Source: Octopus sinensis (Eukaryota). From it: a DNA stretch of 64,000 bases. The translations under genes and the position numbers were made by a program. The stretch spans positions 98,766,001 through 98,830,000 of the forward strand of contig NC_043003.1 in assembly GCF_006345805.1 (NCBI RefSeq). Direction: 5' to 3'. Shown here piece by piece: positions 12,511 through 26,180 of this stretch. The notes under the pieces are model-generated. The model searched no databases. It was not told where the DNA came from and saw only the letters and a program-made list of their open reading frames with translations. Each line of letters begins with the position of its first letter. Within the stretch, counting starts at the first letter, position 1.

Positions 12511-12749
12511 CCTATGTATGTGTGTATGTGTGTATGGGTGTATATGTGTATGCATGTATATATGTGAATATATAAGTGTACATATTACATGTATATCTAT
12601 ATATATATATATATCTACACATATACATGTATACATATACATCTATATGTATAGAAATAAATGTATACATATACAGCTATACACACACACACATACATAG
12701 GTGCAGGTGTGGCTGTGTGGTAACAAACTTCGTTCCAAAACACATGGTG

Positions 12750-13176
12750 CTGTGTTTAAATTTAAATTTAAAATAATAAGGGTGAGAAATTGAATATTAA
12801 TTTGATTAATATGAATTGAAAACCAGTGGTGTAGCATATAAGACCATAGCGGATCTTCTTCTAGCAAAATGGATGTCCACTGTTAATGGTTCATCCCTCT
12901 TATATAATAGTTTGACTTTAATAGTTTCAGTATTAAAGTGAAATTATCTTACATTACAATAGAGAGATGTTTTTGTTTCACTTTTAACACGTAATACTTA
13001 AATAATGGAGATGATATGATATTGTTGTGGGCTCGCCCTAGGCAAGAAGTTAGAAATTCTTTTGCCCATGACACTACATGAACCACAAGGAAGGCATGTA
13101 TAAAATTTGAATGAAATTGGTTATGTAGTTCTCAAGTTTTAGGGATTCACACAGACAGACAGACACACATTCTCAG

Positions 13177-13180
<4 letters not shown>
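12750..13180 (-). mobile_element. Non-autonomous Helitron-like element, 5' part
   Basis: The minus strand starts TATATAACTGAGAATGTGTGTCTGTCTGTCTG..AACCAATTTCATTCAAATTTT, resembling microsatellite-headed non-autonomous Helitrons. No 3' hairpin seen. Confidence 0.5.
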
Positions 13181-13215
<35 letters not shown>

Positions 13216-13259
13216 CATATATATACATATATATAGATAGATATATACATATATAAATG

Positions 13260-13295
<36 letters not shown>

Positions 13296-13619
13296 AGGTA
13301 TGTATATATTTACTTTTAATCGTAGTCGTTTCTTCCACGTTCTTTGTTGGGGGTTATAACTCATATATACTCAATCGGATCACTTTTTTCTGTTAACCTC
13401 GTTAACTCATAATGTTATTGGTTTCCCTCCGCATCATTCACCATCAAAAGTTCCTAGCACTATATCGTAGTGAAAACCTCACCGCGGGAGCGACTATTTA
13501 GCTGAAATATGGTAGATTGATAGCCACAACTTTTTACCGCAGATCAACCTTTCCTCTGGGAAAGATCTGAATGAGTTAACCCATGTGTGTGGAATTCTCA
13601 AGCGCTTAAAAATTAGCTA

Positions 13620-13810
13620 GCACCTACGACGGTTGCTGCGACGAGGGTTCCAGTAGATCCGACCAACGGAAAAACCTGCTCGTGGTACCCTTAACGTAGT
13701 TCAGCGTGACATTGAATGTAACAAGGCTGGCACCTTTGAATTGCAGGTACGACTCATTTTTGCAAGCTGAGTGGACTAGAAACAGCTTGAAACAAAGTAT
13801 ATTGCTCACT
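13620..13810 (-). mobile_element. Fragment of the SINE family seen complete at 30422-30739
   Basis: GACGAGGGTTCCAG, CCCTTAACGTAGTT, CAGGTACGACTCATTTTTG, GCTGAGTGGACT. Confidence 0.8.
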
Positions 13811-14064
13811 AAGCGACGCGCCTTCAGTTAACCATTAACAATAATAATAAGGATGTGTTTAGTCGAACCGAAGTTCAAACTGATGTAGACACAGTATAGT
13901 AACACATAAAAAGCAACAAGTATAGCAGCGGCGGCAACAATATCTTTAACAATAGTTGTAACGAACATCATCCATGGGACATGTAAACATTAACGCAATC
14001 AAAATGCAACTGTATACATCTCTTCCATAACTAAGCTACAACACACACGCATACACACACACAC

Positions 14065-14805
14065 ATGCGGTCTGATCAATAATTATCAGGACATAGTAAC
14101 AAAGCTAAAGCATTCTGAGTTAAGCTGTGTAGCTTGTGATCGTCCTATTGATCATGACAAAGAAAGTTGAGCAAAGAACCTGCATCAAATTTTGCCAAAA
14201 GCTTGGCGATATCTGCTCAGAGGCCTACGTGAAATTTTCAAAATGTTTTCATCGTTCTCAACACAAAGAGATCTTGTGTAACTGAAACTCGAGTGTGTTT
14301 TTGGCGCAAACTTGGCAGACACGCCTCTCATACACAAATCTTCATTGATAATGGACTGAATTGAACCGTAGCAAACCTGCACATCCTCTAATAACTCACG
14401 GATGGTGATTCAACGATTCCCCCTCGCGATGCTTTTCTCATTTCTGCTGGTTGCGGGTCTTCCAGGACGTTCATCAATATCGACATTTTTCGGCCATTTT
14501 GGAAACGTCTGAAACACTAGTGCATTTGTGTGCAGCTCATACACACCTCTCCATACACTTGCTGCAAACTTACGTAGGCCTCTGAGCAGCTTTCGCCATG
14601 ACAACTTGGTCCATGTAACGAACACACGCTACACCCGTTCCTTCTAAGCACTGTTATAAACAGCGGAAGAGAGCTAGACCGTTAAAACTTAGTGCGCGTA
14701 CACAACAGTGTTCAGGGTCAATCTATGCCAAGAGGCTTTACTCTGCATACTTTAGATTCGTGTCTAGGGCACCAGTCTGGATGCTTATTGATGAGGCATC
14801 GTACA
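14065..14805. mobile_element. Mariner relic made of two opposed 5' ends
   Basis: Plus: MTKKVEQRTCIKFCQKLG. Minus: DERPGRPATS..SIINEDLCMRGVSAKFAPK. Related termini TGATCAATAATTATCAGGAC and (rc) CTCATCAATAAGCATCCAGAC. Confidence 0.8.
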
Positions 14806-14893
14806 ATCTCAAGCATACACGCGCACACATACGCACTATTTCGCATACAGGCGTTCATAAATGCATATATGAAGACATATGAAGACACATGCT

Positions 14894-14947
<54 letters not shown>

Positions 14948-14971
14948 TGTATATATAGATACATGCATACG

Positions 14972-15003
<32 letters not shown>

Positions 15004-15228
15004 TATATATAAAGAGAGAGAAAGATAGAGTGAAAGAGAGAGAGACAAAGATAGATAGATAGATAAATAGATCGACAGACAAGACAGAAAGACAGATAGA
15101 TATATATACATATGTATGTATACAGGTATGTATGGATGCATCTATCTATCAATCTATCTATTTATCTATCTGTCTGTCTATCTCTCTGTCTATCTACCTA
15201 TATATAAATATGTACACACACACACATG

Positions 15229-15293
<65 letters not shown>

Positions 15294-15469
15294 TGTCTTA
15301 GAGACGAAGATCTCTTGGGGCTATAAGCTACAGTAACAACCCCCTCCCCAATGTGGTTAGCCATGATAAGATGGCTTCTATACTTTACATTATCGAGCGA
15401 TTACTGTTTCAATCTCATTCTGAGATTTAATTATGCTTACTGTTCGTTTTTCGACATCAGTGGCAGACG

Positions 15470-15509
<40 letters not shown>

Positions 15510-15519
15510 TGTCATCATA

Positions 15520-16187
15520 CCACTTTTTTCCTCCTTTGTACGGCCACACCTTGAATACTGCTGCCCACTGTGGTCTCCTCATACAAGACAAAACATCTCC
15601 AGAATTGAGTCACCCCAGAGGGCACTCAATAAACGAATTGAAGGCATGGCTGCTCTCGATTATTGGGATCGTCTTAAAGCCTTGAAACTTTACTCCCTCC
15701 AGCGTCGCCGTGAGCGGTACATCATTTGTACGATGTGGAAAATATACCGCCAACTTTGCCCAAACGACCTAAACTTTAGCTTCAAGGTTCATCCAAGACT
15801 TGGACCACGGGCTATACGTCCCCTGCCTAATTCAAGATCACAACATACATGTACACTGCAACATAATTTCTTTTCTTCAACAGGCCCTGCCCTATTTAAC
15901 ATTGTCCCGAGGGAGATCAAAGAGGAAAAGGATCCCATCAACTTTAAACAGAGTCTGGATAGATTCCTTCAAAGAATACCAGATAAGCCACCCATAATTG
16001 GATACAACTCACCCAACAAGAACTCACTACTTGAACAAAACTGGATACAACTCACCCAACAAGAACTCACTACTTGAACAAAACTTGACTTAAACAGGAT
16101 TCGAATAATCCTATCAGGTGGTGCTATTAAGTTAGACATGGCCTGGACCAATCTTTGGTCGAAACATATCTAAGTTTATCTAAGTTT
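15520..16187 (+). mobile_element. 5'-truncated CR1/L2-group LINE 3' end inserted in (TA)n
   Basis: FVRPHLEYCCPLWSPH..LKLYSLQRRRERY..FKQSLDRFL; repeated TATCTAAGTT tail; ~43-bp tandem duplication at 16001-16085. Confidence 0.9.
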
Positions 16188-16205
16188 ATATATATATATA
16201 TATAT

Positions 16206-16555
16206 AAGTAGTTAAATGAATTATCTTAGTATGGATAATTCGGTTAACCGATACCTGGGTAGCAAATTCATGTCGGAAAAACACGGTTGAAGCTACATGC
16301 CAAGGGCAGATATCACGTGCTTTCGTGTGGAAATTTGTGTGTTTTTTTAATACAAATAAATGAAAGAATGGAGTTGAACGACGATTTAACAAAATTTCTT
16401 TATTCTCGACATATGTTTCGAAGGCTGCATATTCCTAATTTCGAAGGAATAAGGGGTGCATTATGCCGCTTTCTCATCAGGAAAAACAAGGAACTTATGT
16501 CAGCATCAAGATGAACAAAAACTTTTAGATGACTGCCCACACGGAGCCCATGGCG
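16206..16555 (-). mobile_element. Non-coding Penelope pseudo-LTR-like element with a hammerhead, (TA)n on both sides
   Basis: Homologous to 3912-4297; ends GAGCCCATGGCGA-(TA)n. Confidence 0.7.
16403..16485 (-). ncRNA. Minimal type I hammerhead ribozyme fold (GUC triplet)
   Basis: The minus strand reads TTTTC-CTGATGA-GAAAGCGGCATA...TATGCAGCCTTC-GAAA-CATATG-TC-GAGAA. Core is canonical; stems I and II pair; helix III is palindromic. Confidence 0.8.
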
Positions 16556-16789
16556 ATATATATATATATATATGAATTCTGTACGATTCTTTTACTCTTT
16601 CTTCTAGCCCCCTTTACACTTCATTCTTTCCAGATTTCTTTTCCTCGCTCCCTCTCTCTCACATTTCTTGGCCTTCCCTTCATCTTCATTTTCCCTCCTC
16701 TTTTACCTCACTTTCTCCCATTCCTTTCGTTTGCTCTCTTTCTCGTCTCTCCTTAATTTTCAATCTCTCTGCTCCACCTTTCTTTTCTT

Positions 16790-17280
16790 CTTCCACGTGA
16801 CGGTGTTCCGCCAAGCCTGACTTTTCTTTCTTGGTTCGACTACCAACTGTGTAGCATCTCTTATATTCCTTCCCATAACTTTCATCTCTTATGTTTCTGT
16901 CGTAAGGCTTCACCTCCGCACACACCAGCTTCAGTTAATTCGTTCTTAGTCGAAAGACACCTGTTGTTAATGTCCTGTTGTTTGTATTTGTAATTGTGTA
17001 CCATTTCTCAATGTTTTTCGTCCTTGTTTTTGTATACATTCGCTTGCTTTCTTCTAAGGAGTTTAGTGATCTTCTTAGCTGAGATTTTCTTGGGGTCGGC
17101 CATATTGGAGCAGTTTCGAGCGTAATCGGCTGCAACTACAAAGATAATCTGGAAGTCGACTGAGGATAGGAAGCTCCGAATGACCCGTCCTTGTTCTTTC
17201 CTGTTCATTTTTGTATCGTCTAAATTTCCAGAAGTTTTGTTGTCGCCTGTTACGTTCTTGTTCTGTATTTTTTGTTTTCT
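16790..17280. repeat. Interspersed repeat of unknown class; second copy at ~22780-23235
   Basis: Shared blocks CTTCCACGTGAC, TAGTCGAAAGACACCTGTTGTTA, CGCTTGCTT, CTTAGCT, GTATCGTCTA. Both copies are bounded by (TA)n and a CT-rich stretch. Confidence 0.75.
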
Positions 17281-17281
17281 T

Positions 17282-17371
<90 letters not shown>

Positions 17372-19227
17372 TTTATTTAAAAGCAGCAGAAATATAACAA
17401 AATCTGTTACTCAGAGTTTCACGTTCCCGTGCGTCGGACAGTTTTGTTAAGATATAATATATATATATATAAGATAGAGAGAGAGTGAGAGAGAAGTGAT
17501 AGAGAGTTAAACAGACAGATGCATAAACACATAAATACATAAATACACCTCCCCGCGCGTACAGGCAGACATACACACACGAACACACACGCACACACAT
17601 ACAAGCACCTAAAAACACGCACATACACATACACAGATTTGCCTACTATTGCTCATATGTAAATATGCTTCCACATTTAAATAATTATGTGTATGCTATA
17701 GTATATACATACATATATACAAGCATACAAGCATACTTACATACAAGGATGCATGCATACATAGTTACATACATATATACATAGTTACATGCATACATGC
17801 ATTATACATACATGCATACACACATGCATATATATATGTATAGTTACATACAAAGATGTTTTGCAAACAACTTGCACATGCAAGTGGTTCCAGTCAAGAA
17901 TTCCGCATACCGGAAGCCAGCAAGTGTATGGGGTCATCAGGAGAGAATGCGCGCCGTTTCGAGGCATCCCTCTCGACGACATCAATACGAACCAGCCCTC
18001 CTCACTGATATATATATATATATATATATATGAGCATGTCTAGATATGCAACTACATGCATGAGAATATATACATAAAACATACAAATCATACCATACGT
18101 ACATACATACAGACATACATACATATAAATAAAAATACTTTGTTGTCGGTGTTGAAATTCCAATGAAGGAGCCTTGGATCTTGGTTAGAAACCGGTTCTT
18201 TCTCTATTGGCAAGAAATCTTGAACTAAATTGAATAACGGCATACATATATACACATAGTTACATACATACATACATGCATATATACATACAAGCATACA
18301 TACATACATACATACACACACATATACATACATACACGCATATACATACATACACGTACATATACATACATGCATACATATATACACACATATGCGTACA
18401 TACACAAACATATACATACACATACATATATACATACATGCATACATACATACACACACATATACATACATACATACACGCATATACATACATACACATA
18501 CATATATATGCATACATGCATACATATATACACACATATGCATACATACACAAACATATACATACACAAACATATACATACACAAACATATACATACACA
18601 TACACATATACATATATGCATACATACATACAGACGGACAGACAGACAAACAGACATATACCAAAGTACTTATATACTATATTCTACGCAGAACCAACTA
18701 ACTTTCTTGTTTGAATTTACACACAGTAACAAGATCGCCTCGTTTGATAATATTTGTCATATAAAGCCCAAAAAGCGATTCTGGCGTGAACCTGATACCT
18801 GTAATATTATGTATTTCAAGGGGTGGATGTATACAGCCTTGGGGATTTAGTGTGTGGGAATTATAACTTTGCAATGTTGTCCACATGTTGGTATCTTTAG
18901 GCGTGTCCTCCTCTATATCTTTCCGGCCGACATTAGCATCAAGTAAGAATATTTCGTCATGTTATAGAACGTGAATCGTCATCATATAAATACTATTAAT
19001 TTTCTGCTTGTATCTCACTGCAAGACGTGTTGCAACGTGTGAAATTTCTGGTAAGAGTATGTATATATATAGGCAGACAGCGAAGCATGCATGAAACCTC
19101 ACTGACAGAAAATATACACACATCCATACATACATGATGTACTTGTGTGTGTGTCTGTGTGTGTAGGGAAACACATGCTTTGAATTCATTTATGCATCCA
19201 CAAATGCATAGATAGACTAGTATACAC

Positions 19228-19286
<59 letters not shown>

Positions 19287-19334
19287 ATATATAATATATA
19301 TTTATATATATATATATATATATATATACGTATT

Positions 19335-19383
<49 letters not shown>

Positions 19384-19483
19384 ATATATACGTATTTATA
19401 TAAATATAAATATATATATATATATGTATATATGTGTATACACACACACACACACACACAACACACACACACACATATATATA

Positions 19484-19535
<52 letters not shown>

Positions 19536-20186
19536 GAAGAGAGAGAAGGACAGAGAGAAACAGAAAAGGAGAAAGAGAGAGAAAGAGAGGCGACAGAGAG
19601 AGAAATGTGTACATTCATGTCCGTATGTATATATGTATATAAACTTACATGTATTTCTACACGCAATATATACATATTCATATACACGTGTTTGTGCGTG
19701 TATGGGTGTGTGTGTGCATGGATGTGTGTGAGTTAGTGTGTGTGTGTGTGCGCGCTCGTGTGTGTGTGCGCGCGCTCGTGTGTGTGTGTGTGTGTGTGCG
19801 TCATTGTGTGTGCATGCGTGTATAAAATCATATAGACATAGAGCTAGGCAAACAGACAACCAGAAATAGGAGACATAAATAGATAGACGTAGTGACATAG
19901 ATACGTGCAACACACTTATGTAAGGAACATGTATATCATAAGTTTATAGGGACATAAAAAGCATAACACACACACACACACAAACAAGCAATATATACGT
20001 GCGCAGATACACGAAACGGCGTTCAGTTCGACTCCGTTTCTTCGACTATGAAGCACGTCTTATACATGCGCTTCATATATGTCAATCATGTAAACCTCTC
20101 GCATTGAAGGTCGCATCAGAGACATACTCCAAAACGAAATCTTTACAAACACATTCATACAAATACACTCATGCGAATATATATGC

Positions 20187-20229
<43 letters not shown>

Positions 20230-20253
20230 TATATATATATATATATATATATA

Positions 20254-20470
20254 TGTAAAGTTAATCCAAAAACAAAGCAGAATAAAACACAACAACGCGA
20301 GGACGTGGAACAATATAGTATTATTGGACGCTCAGGAAAGAAGGAAAGAAGGAGGTTTTAACGTTTCGAGCGGAGCTCTTTGTCGGAAACATAGGAGAAG
20401 GAAAGATCCAGAGAAGGGAAGACAGAGGAAAAAAATCGCCAACGGTATACACGAGGTCACATTTTGAAAG
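20254..20470 (-). mobile_element. Short (TA)n-associated element with a hammerhead-like core; second copy at 53860-54065 (+)
   Basis: Reverse complement of the 53.9-kb copy: GTTAATCCAAA, CGCGAGGACGTGGAACAA, GGACGCTCAGGAAAG, CGTTTCGAGCGGAGCTCTT. Confidence 0.8.
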
Positions 20471-20639
20471 ACCATATATACATGCATATATATATTATCT
20501 TTTCTTTTATCTTTTACTTATTTTAGTCATTTGACTGCTGTCATCCTTGGCCGTTGCCTTAAGGCACTTTTTTAGTCAACCGTATCGACTCCACGACTGA
20601 ATCCATTCCAGCGTTTATTTTTAAAGCCTAGTCCTAAAA

Positions 20640-22400
20640 AATATTTCCGCCAATATTCGTGGTGTTGATGTTTATGTATGTATTCAATAGCGGGAGGACT
20701 ATCAATTTATATCTCATGACAGCCTTGTTTTTGGATGCCATTGTATACTTTTTAGAGACAACGTCATGTCGCTTTGGCATGTAGTACTTTGATGACATTT
20801 TTGAGCAGCTACCTATGACATGCGTCATGTGTCTCATTGAAATGTGAAATAATCGACATTTTTAGTTGCAACTTGGGAGTCTAAGGCTTCACCTTGTTTA
20901 CAATGTATTTTGTAGCTATGTCCGGCTCTTGATTTGCAAATATATACATAACCTTGGATGTGTGATGGGATGTAGCGGTCGCAATGTTAATGTCATTTTC
21001 AAGTCTTCGGCAAACATGTTCAAAATGGATTCTTTTAGTATGCAGAGCGTTCCACATCGAGGTCTCCTTTCGGAGTTCCATATACATGGAGTGGATTTCC
21101 TCCTGAGACAAGTTAAACCTCTCAAGTGTTGGTATCAGCGATGGTACTAAAAATGCATTATGAAATATTGCCTTGTTGTGAGAAAAGGGCGTAGATTGCC
21201 ATGTTTTCGAAAATTTGGTATAATATCGTCGAGTTACTTTTTGTTCAAAGCAGTTACCTTAGCATGGCTGCATTGTAAAGATTGAAAGAAGAAAAAAGAT
21301 AAAAGGCAAAAAGCACCTACGTATGACATGTTTTCATCAATGCCTAAGTATTTGTAGCATTCTTTGTGTGGAACAGGGTAAATAGAGAGATCGTTGATGT
21401 GCAGATTTTCTTCGTTCAGCAATCTAATATACTCTTTTACTCTTTTACTTGTTTCAGTCATCTGACTGCGGCCATGCTGGAGCACCGCCTTTAGTCGAGC
21501 AAATCGACCCCGGGACTTATTCTTTGTAAGCCCAGTACTTATTCTATCGGTCTCTTTTGCCGAACCGCTAAGTAACGGGGACATAAACACACCAGCATCG
21601 GTTGTCAAGCAATGCTAGGGGGACAAACACACTTACACAAACACACACACGCATATATATATATACATATATACGACGGGCTTCTTTCAGTTTCCGTCTA
21701 CCAAATCCACTCACAAGGCATTGGTCGGTCCGGGGCTAAAGCAGAAGACACTTGCCCAAGATGCCACGCAGTGGGACTGAACCCGGAACCATGTGGCTGG
21801 TTAGCAAGCTACTTACACTTTTTTATAAAATTCCCACGCTATACCAACTGTAAATGTTGCTGGTAAGTCCAGCTATCTGTTGGCATTATACTCATTTTTA
21901 ACATTAATCTTCAGATCTTCCAGAAAGAAAGTATAGATTGCATTGACACATGCTGCAGATGCGGACGCTAGCATGGAGTCACTGGAGATTTTTAAAGAGA
22001 AATCTATGTATGTATGCTCTATTTTTCTTTTTAGCCTACTTAGTAGCAAGGTTGTGAAGGATAGCATCTTGTTTTAGCAATTATCCTTTAAATCTGAAGG
22101 TCTTGCAGATTTTCATAGCTCCAGGTATCGTTGTCATTTGTAGCGAATGAATTAAGGACTTGCGTTGTCTCCCCAAGATTCCAAGTTCAGCCATACTTTG
22201 CCCCAAGTATGTATCCTGTTGTTGCAATAGTAATAGGTATGAAGCTGAAAATATATCTTGAGTACTGAATTTACAACCTCCTAATCAATGATCCTTAGAT
22301 GTCCGCTTTCTCTTGTATTTTTCGAACCACATTGGTGTCCAGAAGAAGCTGAATTTCTTAAAAATATCTTTCCTTTGTGGTCTCACATCATAATATCTGA
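20640..22400 (-). mobile_element. Old degraded R4/Dong-like RT region, interrupted by a SINE
   Basis: Collinear decayed motifs: FFLEDLKI (like FxDDLKL), ECYKYLGIDEN, NAFLVPSLIPT..EEIHSMYMELRK. Confidence 0.65.
21431..21815 (-). mobile_element. tRNA-derived CORE-like SINE, slightly 5'-clipped
   Basis: Near-identical to 27525-27976 in reverse; (GAGTAAAA)n tail. Confidence 0.92.
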
Positions 22401-22461
22401 CCTGTTGTGTTTCAACTTGGTGGCTGTTTTCATTTATTTATATAAACAAATATAATATACA

Positions 22462-22508
<47 letters not shown>

Positions 22509-22516
22509 ATATTATA

Positions 22517-22562
<46 letters not shown>

Positions 22563-22779
22563 ATATTTTAATATAGATACACACACATGCATACATATAT
22601 TCTTCTCTTTACTTTTTCTTTTTCTCGCTCCCCCTCTCTCACATTTCTTGGCATTCTCTTTCTTTAATCCCTACTTTTCTTCGTAATATCCCTTGTAACT
22701 TTCCCTTTGTCCCTTCCCCACCTCTCTCACTCTAGTTCCTTCCCTAATTCTACAATATGTCTCCTACTTCTCCCTGTTC

Positions 22780-23235
22780 CTTCCACGTGACCGGTCTTCG
22801 GTCAAGCATGATCTTTCTTGGCCCGACCGCCGACCGCACAACACTTTATTTTCCTGTCTCCTGACCTTTGATCTATGTTGTACCGCAAGGCTTTCAACCC
22901 ACACGCCAGCTCATGCCAACTTCTCCTTATTAGTCGAAAGACACCTGTTGTTATTCTCGTGTTTGTATTTGTAACTGTGTAACATTTTCTCCATTTTCTC
23001 GGGTTTTTTTCTGTGTTATCGTATACATACGCTTGCTTACTTCCAAAAGTTTGATACTCTTAGCTTAGATTTTTGGAGCCTACCAATTTTGAACTGTTTC
23101 AAATGTAAGAGGCCGAAACTGTATAGATAATTGGAAACTTGACTAATGAACTGAAAGCCACGAGTGATCCGTCCCTGTTTTTCCTGTCCGTCTTTGTATC
23201 GTCTATCTAACCCTGTGTTTTTATTGACGTCCGTT
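22780..23235. repeat. Second copy of the 16790-17280 repeat
   Basis: Same shared blocks as listed for 16790-17280. Confidence 0.75.
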
Positions 23236-23566
23236 TATATATATATATATATATCCACACCAAACAGTGTTTAGGCATAATTGAAGTTTCAGTCAGTTAA
23301 TACGTTTGTGACACATTTCAACTGCCAAACGCAAATTTAATGTTGTACCGTGGAGAAGAAATTTATATATATATATATATGAATATAGATATATGTAATA
23401 TTTGGAACTAATGAGTACACGTCAGTTACTGTGCTGATATGTTGAGTAAAGCCCTGGCACACTTTGGGCTACCTGATGTTAACTGCAGTTAAGGTGTATT
23501 TCCTTTGGATCTACTTCAGGAATTCCGCAGTAATAGTTGAGATAATAATCGATTAAGTAAACACAA

Positions 23567-24695
23567 GATTGGATTGGTATAGGTCTTTATTTTGTGCGAC
23601 GACTGTTTCGCCCATCCTGCAACTGTCTTTCACAGGTGCGATGCTGTATGAGGGAGTTTGGTCTGCTACCCTCATCTCTACTTCATGTCGGGCCATTGGT
23701 TCATCCAGTGTTGCGGAGAGGAGGCTGTCTACTTTCTATTTGAAGACATTTACGTCCACATCATGTAGATTTCTTAATTTTTCTTTTTTGTAGCAGGGCA
23801 TTGAATAGTTATGGGCCTTTGAACCCTAGGCTTTTGCAGTACTTGTTCCTGAATTTAGATGGAGTGGAAGGTTCATTTGTTACAATACAATGACATCCAA
23901 TTCTAGCATTTGTATAAGATTCGATGCCGAAATTAAGTACTAGCCCTTCTAGAGTTTTCCATATATAGATTATTACATATCAGTCGTGCCTTTGATCTAG
24001 GAAGTAAAGTCGCAGTTCTTTCAGCTTCCCCCTGTAGCTCATCCACTGCACTGTTTTCGAGCTTTTTAGTGGCGTAGCGATGGAATGCTAGAATCTAGTT
24101 TGACACTAGGTGGTGACTTATAGCTGAGAGCAGTAGTCCAGGCGGCTGAGAACAAAGGTTCTCCACAGAGTCAACATAACTTCTTGGTCTTTTGTCTTTA
24201 AGGACCTCAGTATCCATCCTGCCAGTTATCTGTATTTTACTGCTATCTTAGTAATGTGTATATGAAATGATGCATCATTACACAAACTGATACCCAAGTC
24301 TTTTACTATCTGTGACTCTGGGATTGCAACACCTTCGGGTCCTGTATATGCAGGTAACGGTGCTTTCGTGAGTTGATAGTGCAGTGCTTGAAATTTTCCA
24401 GCATTAAATTGCATGTTGTTTATTTCAGCCCACTTGTATATTGCATTGAGGTCCCGTTGTAAGCTTGCGGCATCATCTTGATTTTTTATTGCCTGCGATA
24501 ATTTTGTAGCCTCGGCATAGCTAGAGGCAGTGGCATTCCGACTGATTATGTGCATGTCTAAGAGGACTAGTATAAACAGTAATGTCCCGAGGACAGTTCC
24601 TTGGGGAACCCCAAATAGAATTTAGGTTTCCCCCGAAATGGCACCATTGGCTGCAACTGCCTAACGTCTGTCTTTCAGGAAGCCATGCAGCCACA
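23567..24695 (-). mobile_element. Degraded CR1/L2-group LINE, RT region to 3' tail
   Basis: GVPQGTVLG, SYAEATKL (decayed YADD), LQRDLNAIYKWAEINNMQFNAGKFQ, VKDLGI; CCAATCCAATC tail. Confidence 0.88.
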
Positions 24696-24756
24696 AATAA
24701 ACACTATATATCTTTATGAGCTACATACTGAGCATACATATCAGCTACACACATAT

Positions 24757-24970
24757 ACGTATGGTTCAAATTTACAGCAAACAGAAAACGAAGACAGGTG
24801 TAGGAACAACAAGCAGGTGTGTTAGTTTAACGGTCGAGAAGAACGGAAACGGCTTTTACGTTACGAACCTACGCTCTTCGACAAAAAGGATTAAGAGGGG
24901 GGAAAACGAAGAGAGACAGAGAAAAAACCGGAGAAATAAAAAGATGCGTAGAGATTAACGGCTCAACATG

Positions 24971-25005
<35 letters not shown>

Positions 25006-25185
25006 GTCGGAATTTACAAAATTACAAAAGATGAAAACAGCTGTATAAACAAGAAACAAGTGTATTAGATTAACACTCCGGAAGGTGAGAAAGTCTTCTA
25101 CGTTTCGAGCCTATGCTCTTTAACAGAAAGGAACACGAGAAAATAAACAGAGAGAATAAAAAAGGGTTTAGTGGTTAGCGGTCGA
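24757..25185 (-). mobile_element. Two diverged tandem copies of a short (TA)n-associated element with a hammerhead-like core
   Basis: Both show AATTTACA..GAARACAG.TGTA..AACAA...TACGTTWCGARCCTAYGCTCTT; (TA)n lies between them. Confidence 0.7.
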
Positions 25186-25258
25186 TGTATGCATGTATGT
25201 ATGTATGTACGTATATGTATGTACATATATTATTATCATTATTATTATTATTAATTAA

Positions 25259-25294
<36 letters not shown>

Positions 25295-26115
25295 TATTAT
25301 GTTATTAATATTATTGTCGTTGTTGTTCCTTTATTGTTGTTGCTGTTGTTATTGTATTTTGTTGTTCTTTATTATATACTACATCACATTATTATAAATC
25401 ATTGCATTTCGTTATACTATGTTATAGGGAATGACAAACAGAGAGAAGAAGCATAAAAAGGGAGAGATAACAAGAGAGAGGAAGAGAAGAGATATAAAAA
25501 GATGGATAAAGAGATCATTTTGCTGTTCTTTGGTTACTATTGCGTGTTTAGCTCGTCATGGATACAACGCAGAATGTTTGAAGAATTTACACATCAATTC
25601 AGCTGTTGCAAGTTAGATACAATCCCTTAGAGTTACGGAGTTCATACATATCTCGTAGGTTTTTAGCTGCGTAACTAGGATGCGCCACCACCCTGCATCA
25701 GAAATATGAAAAGAAAATTTTTTTTTAATAAGCAAGATATGCGTACATATAACACCTCTCCTAATCTTACACGCACAGAAATACACAAATACACAGACAC
25801 ACAGGAACATAAATATATATGAAGGATGTACGTTTTCCTCACACACCCTTCTTTTCTGTATGTATATATATATATATATATAAGTATGTACATATGTATG
25901 TATGTACGTATGTATATTGCACAGATGTATGTAATGTATGTGTATGTGTTGAGATGTGTGTGTTTATATCGTTTATATTTATGCTACTCTAGAAATAGCC
26001 GCCCAAGTTTTCAGGAGTAGTTTATATATCTTGTGCTCAAGAGGCCGTTTTATATATACATATGCATATATATATATATATATATAGTTTTTAATGGATA
26101 TGTGTGGTACATATG

Positions 26116-26180
<65 letters not shown>

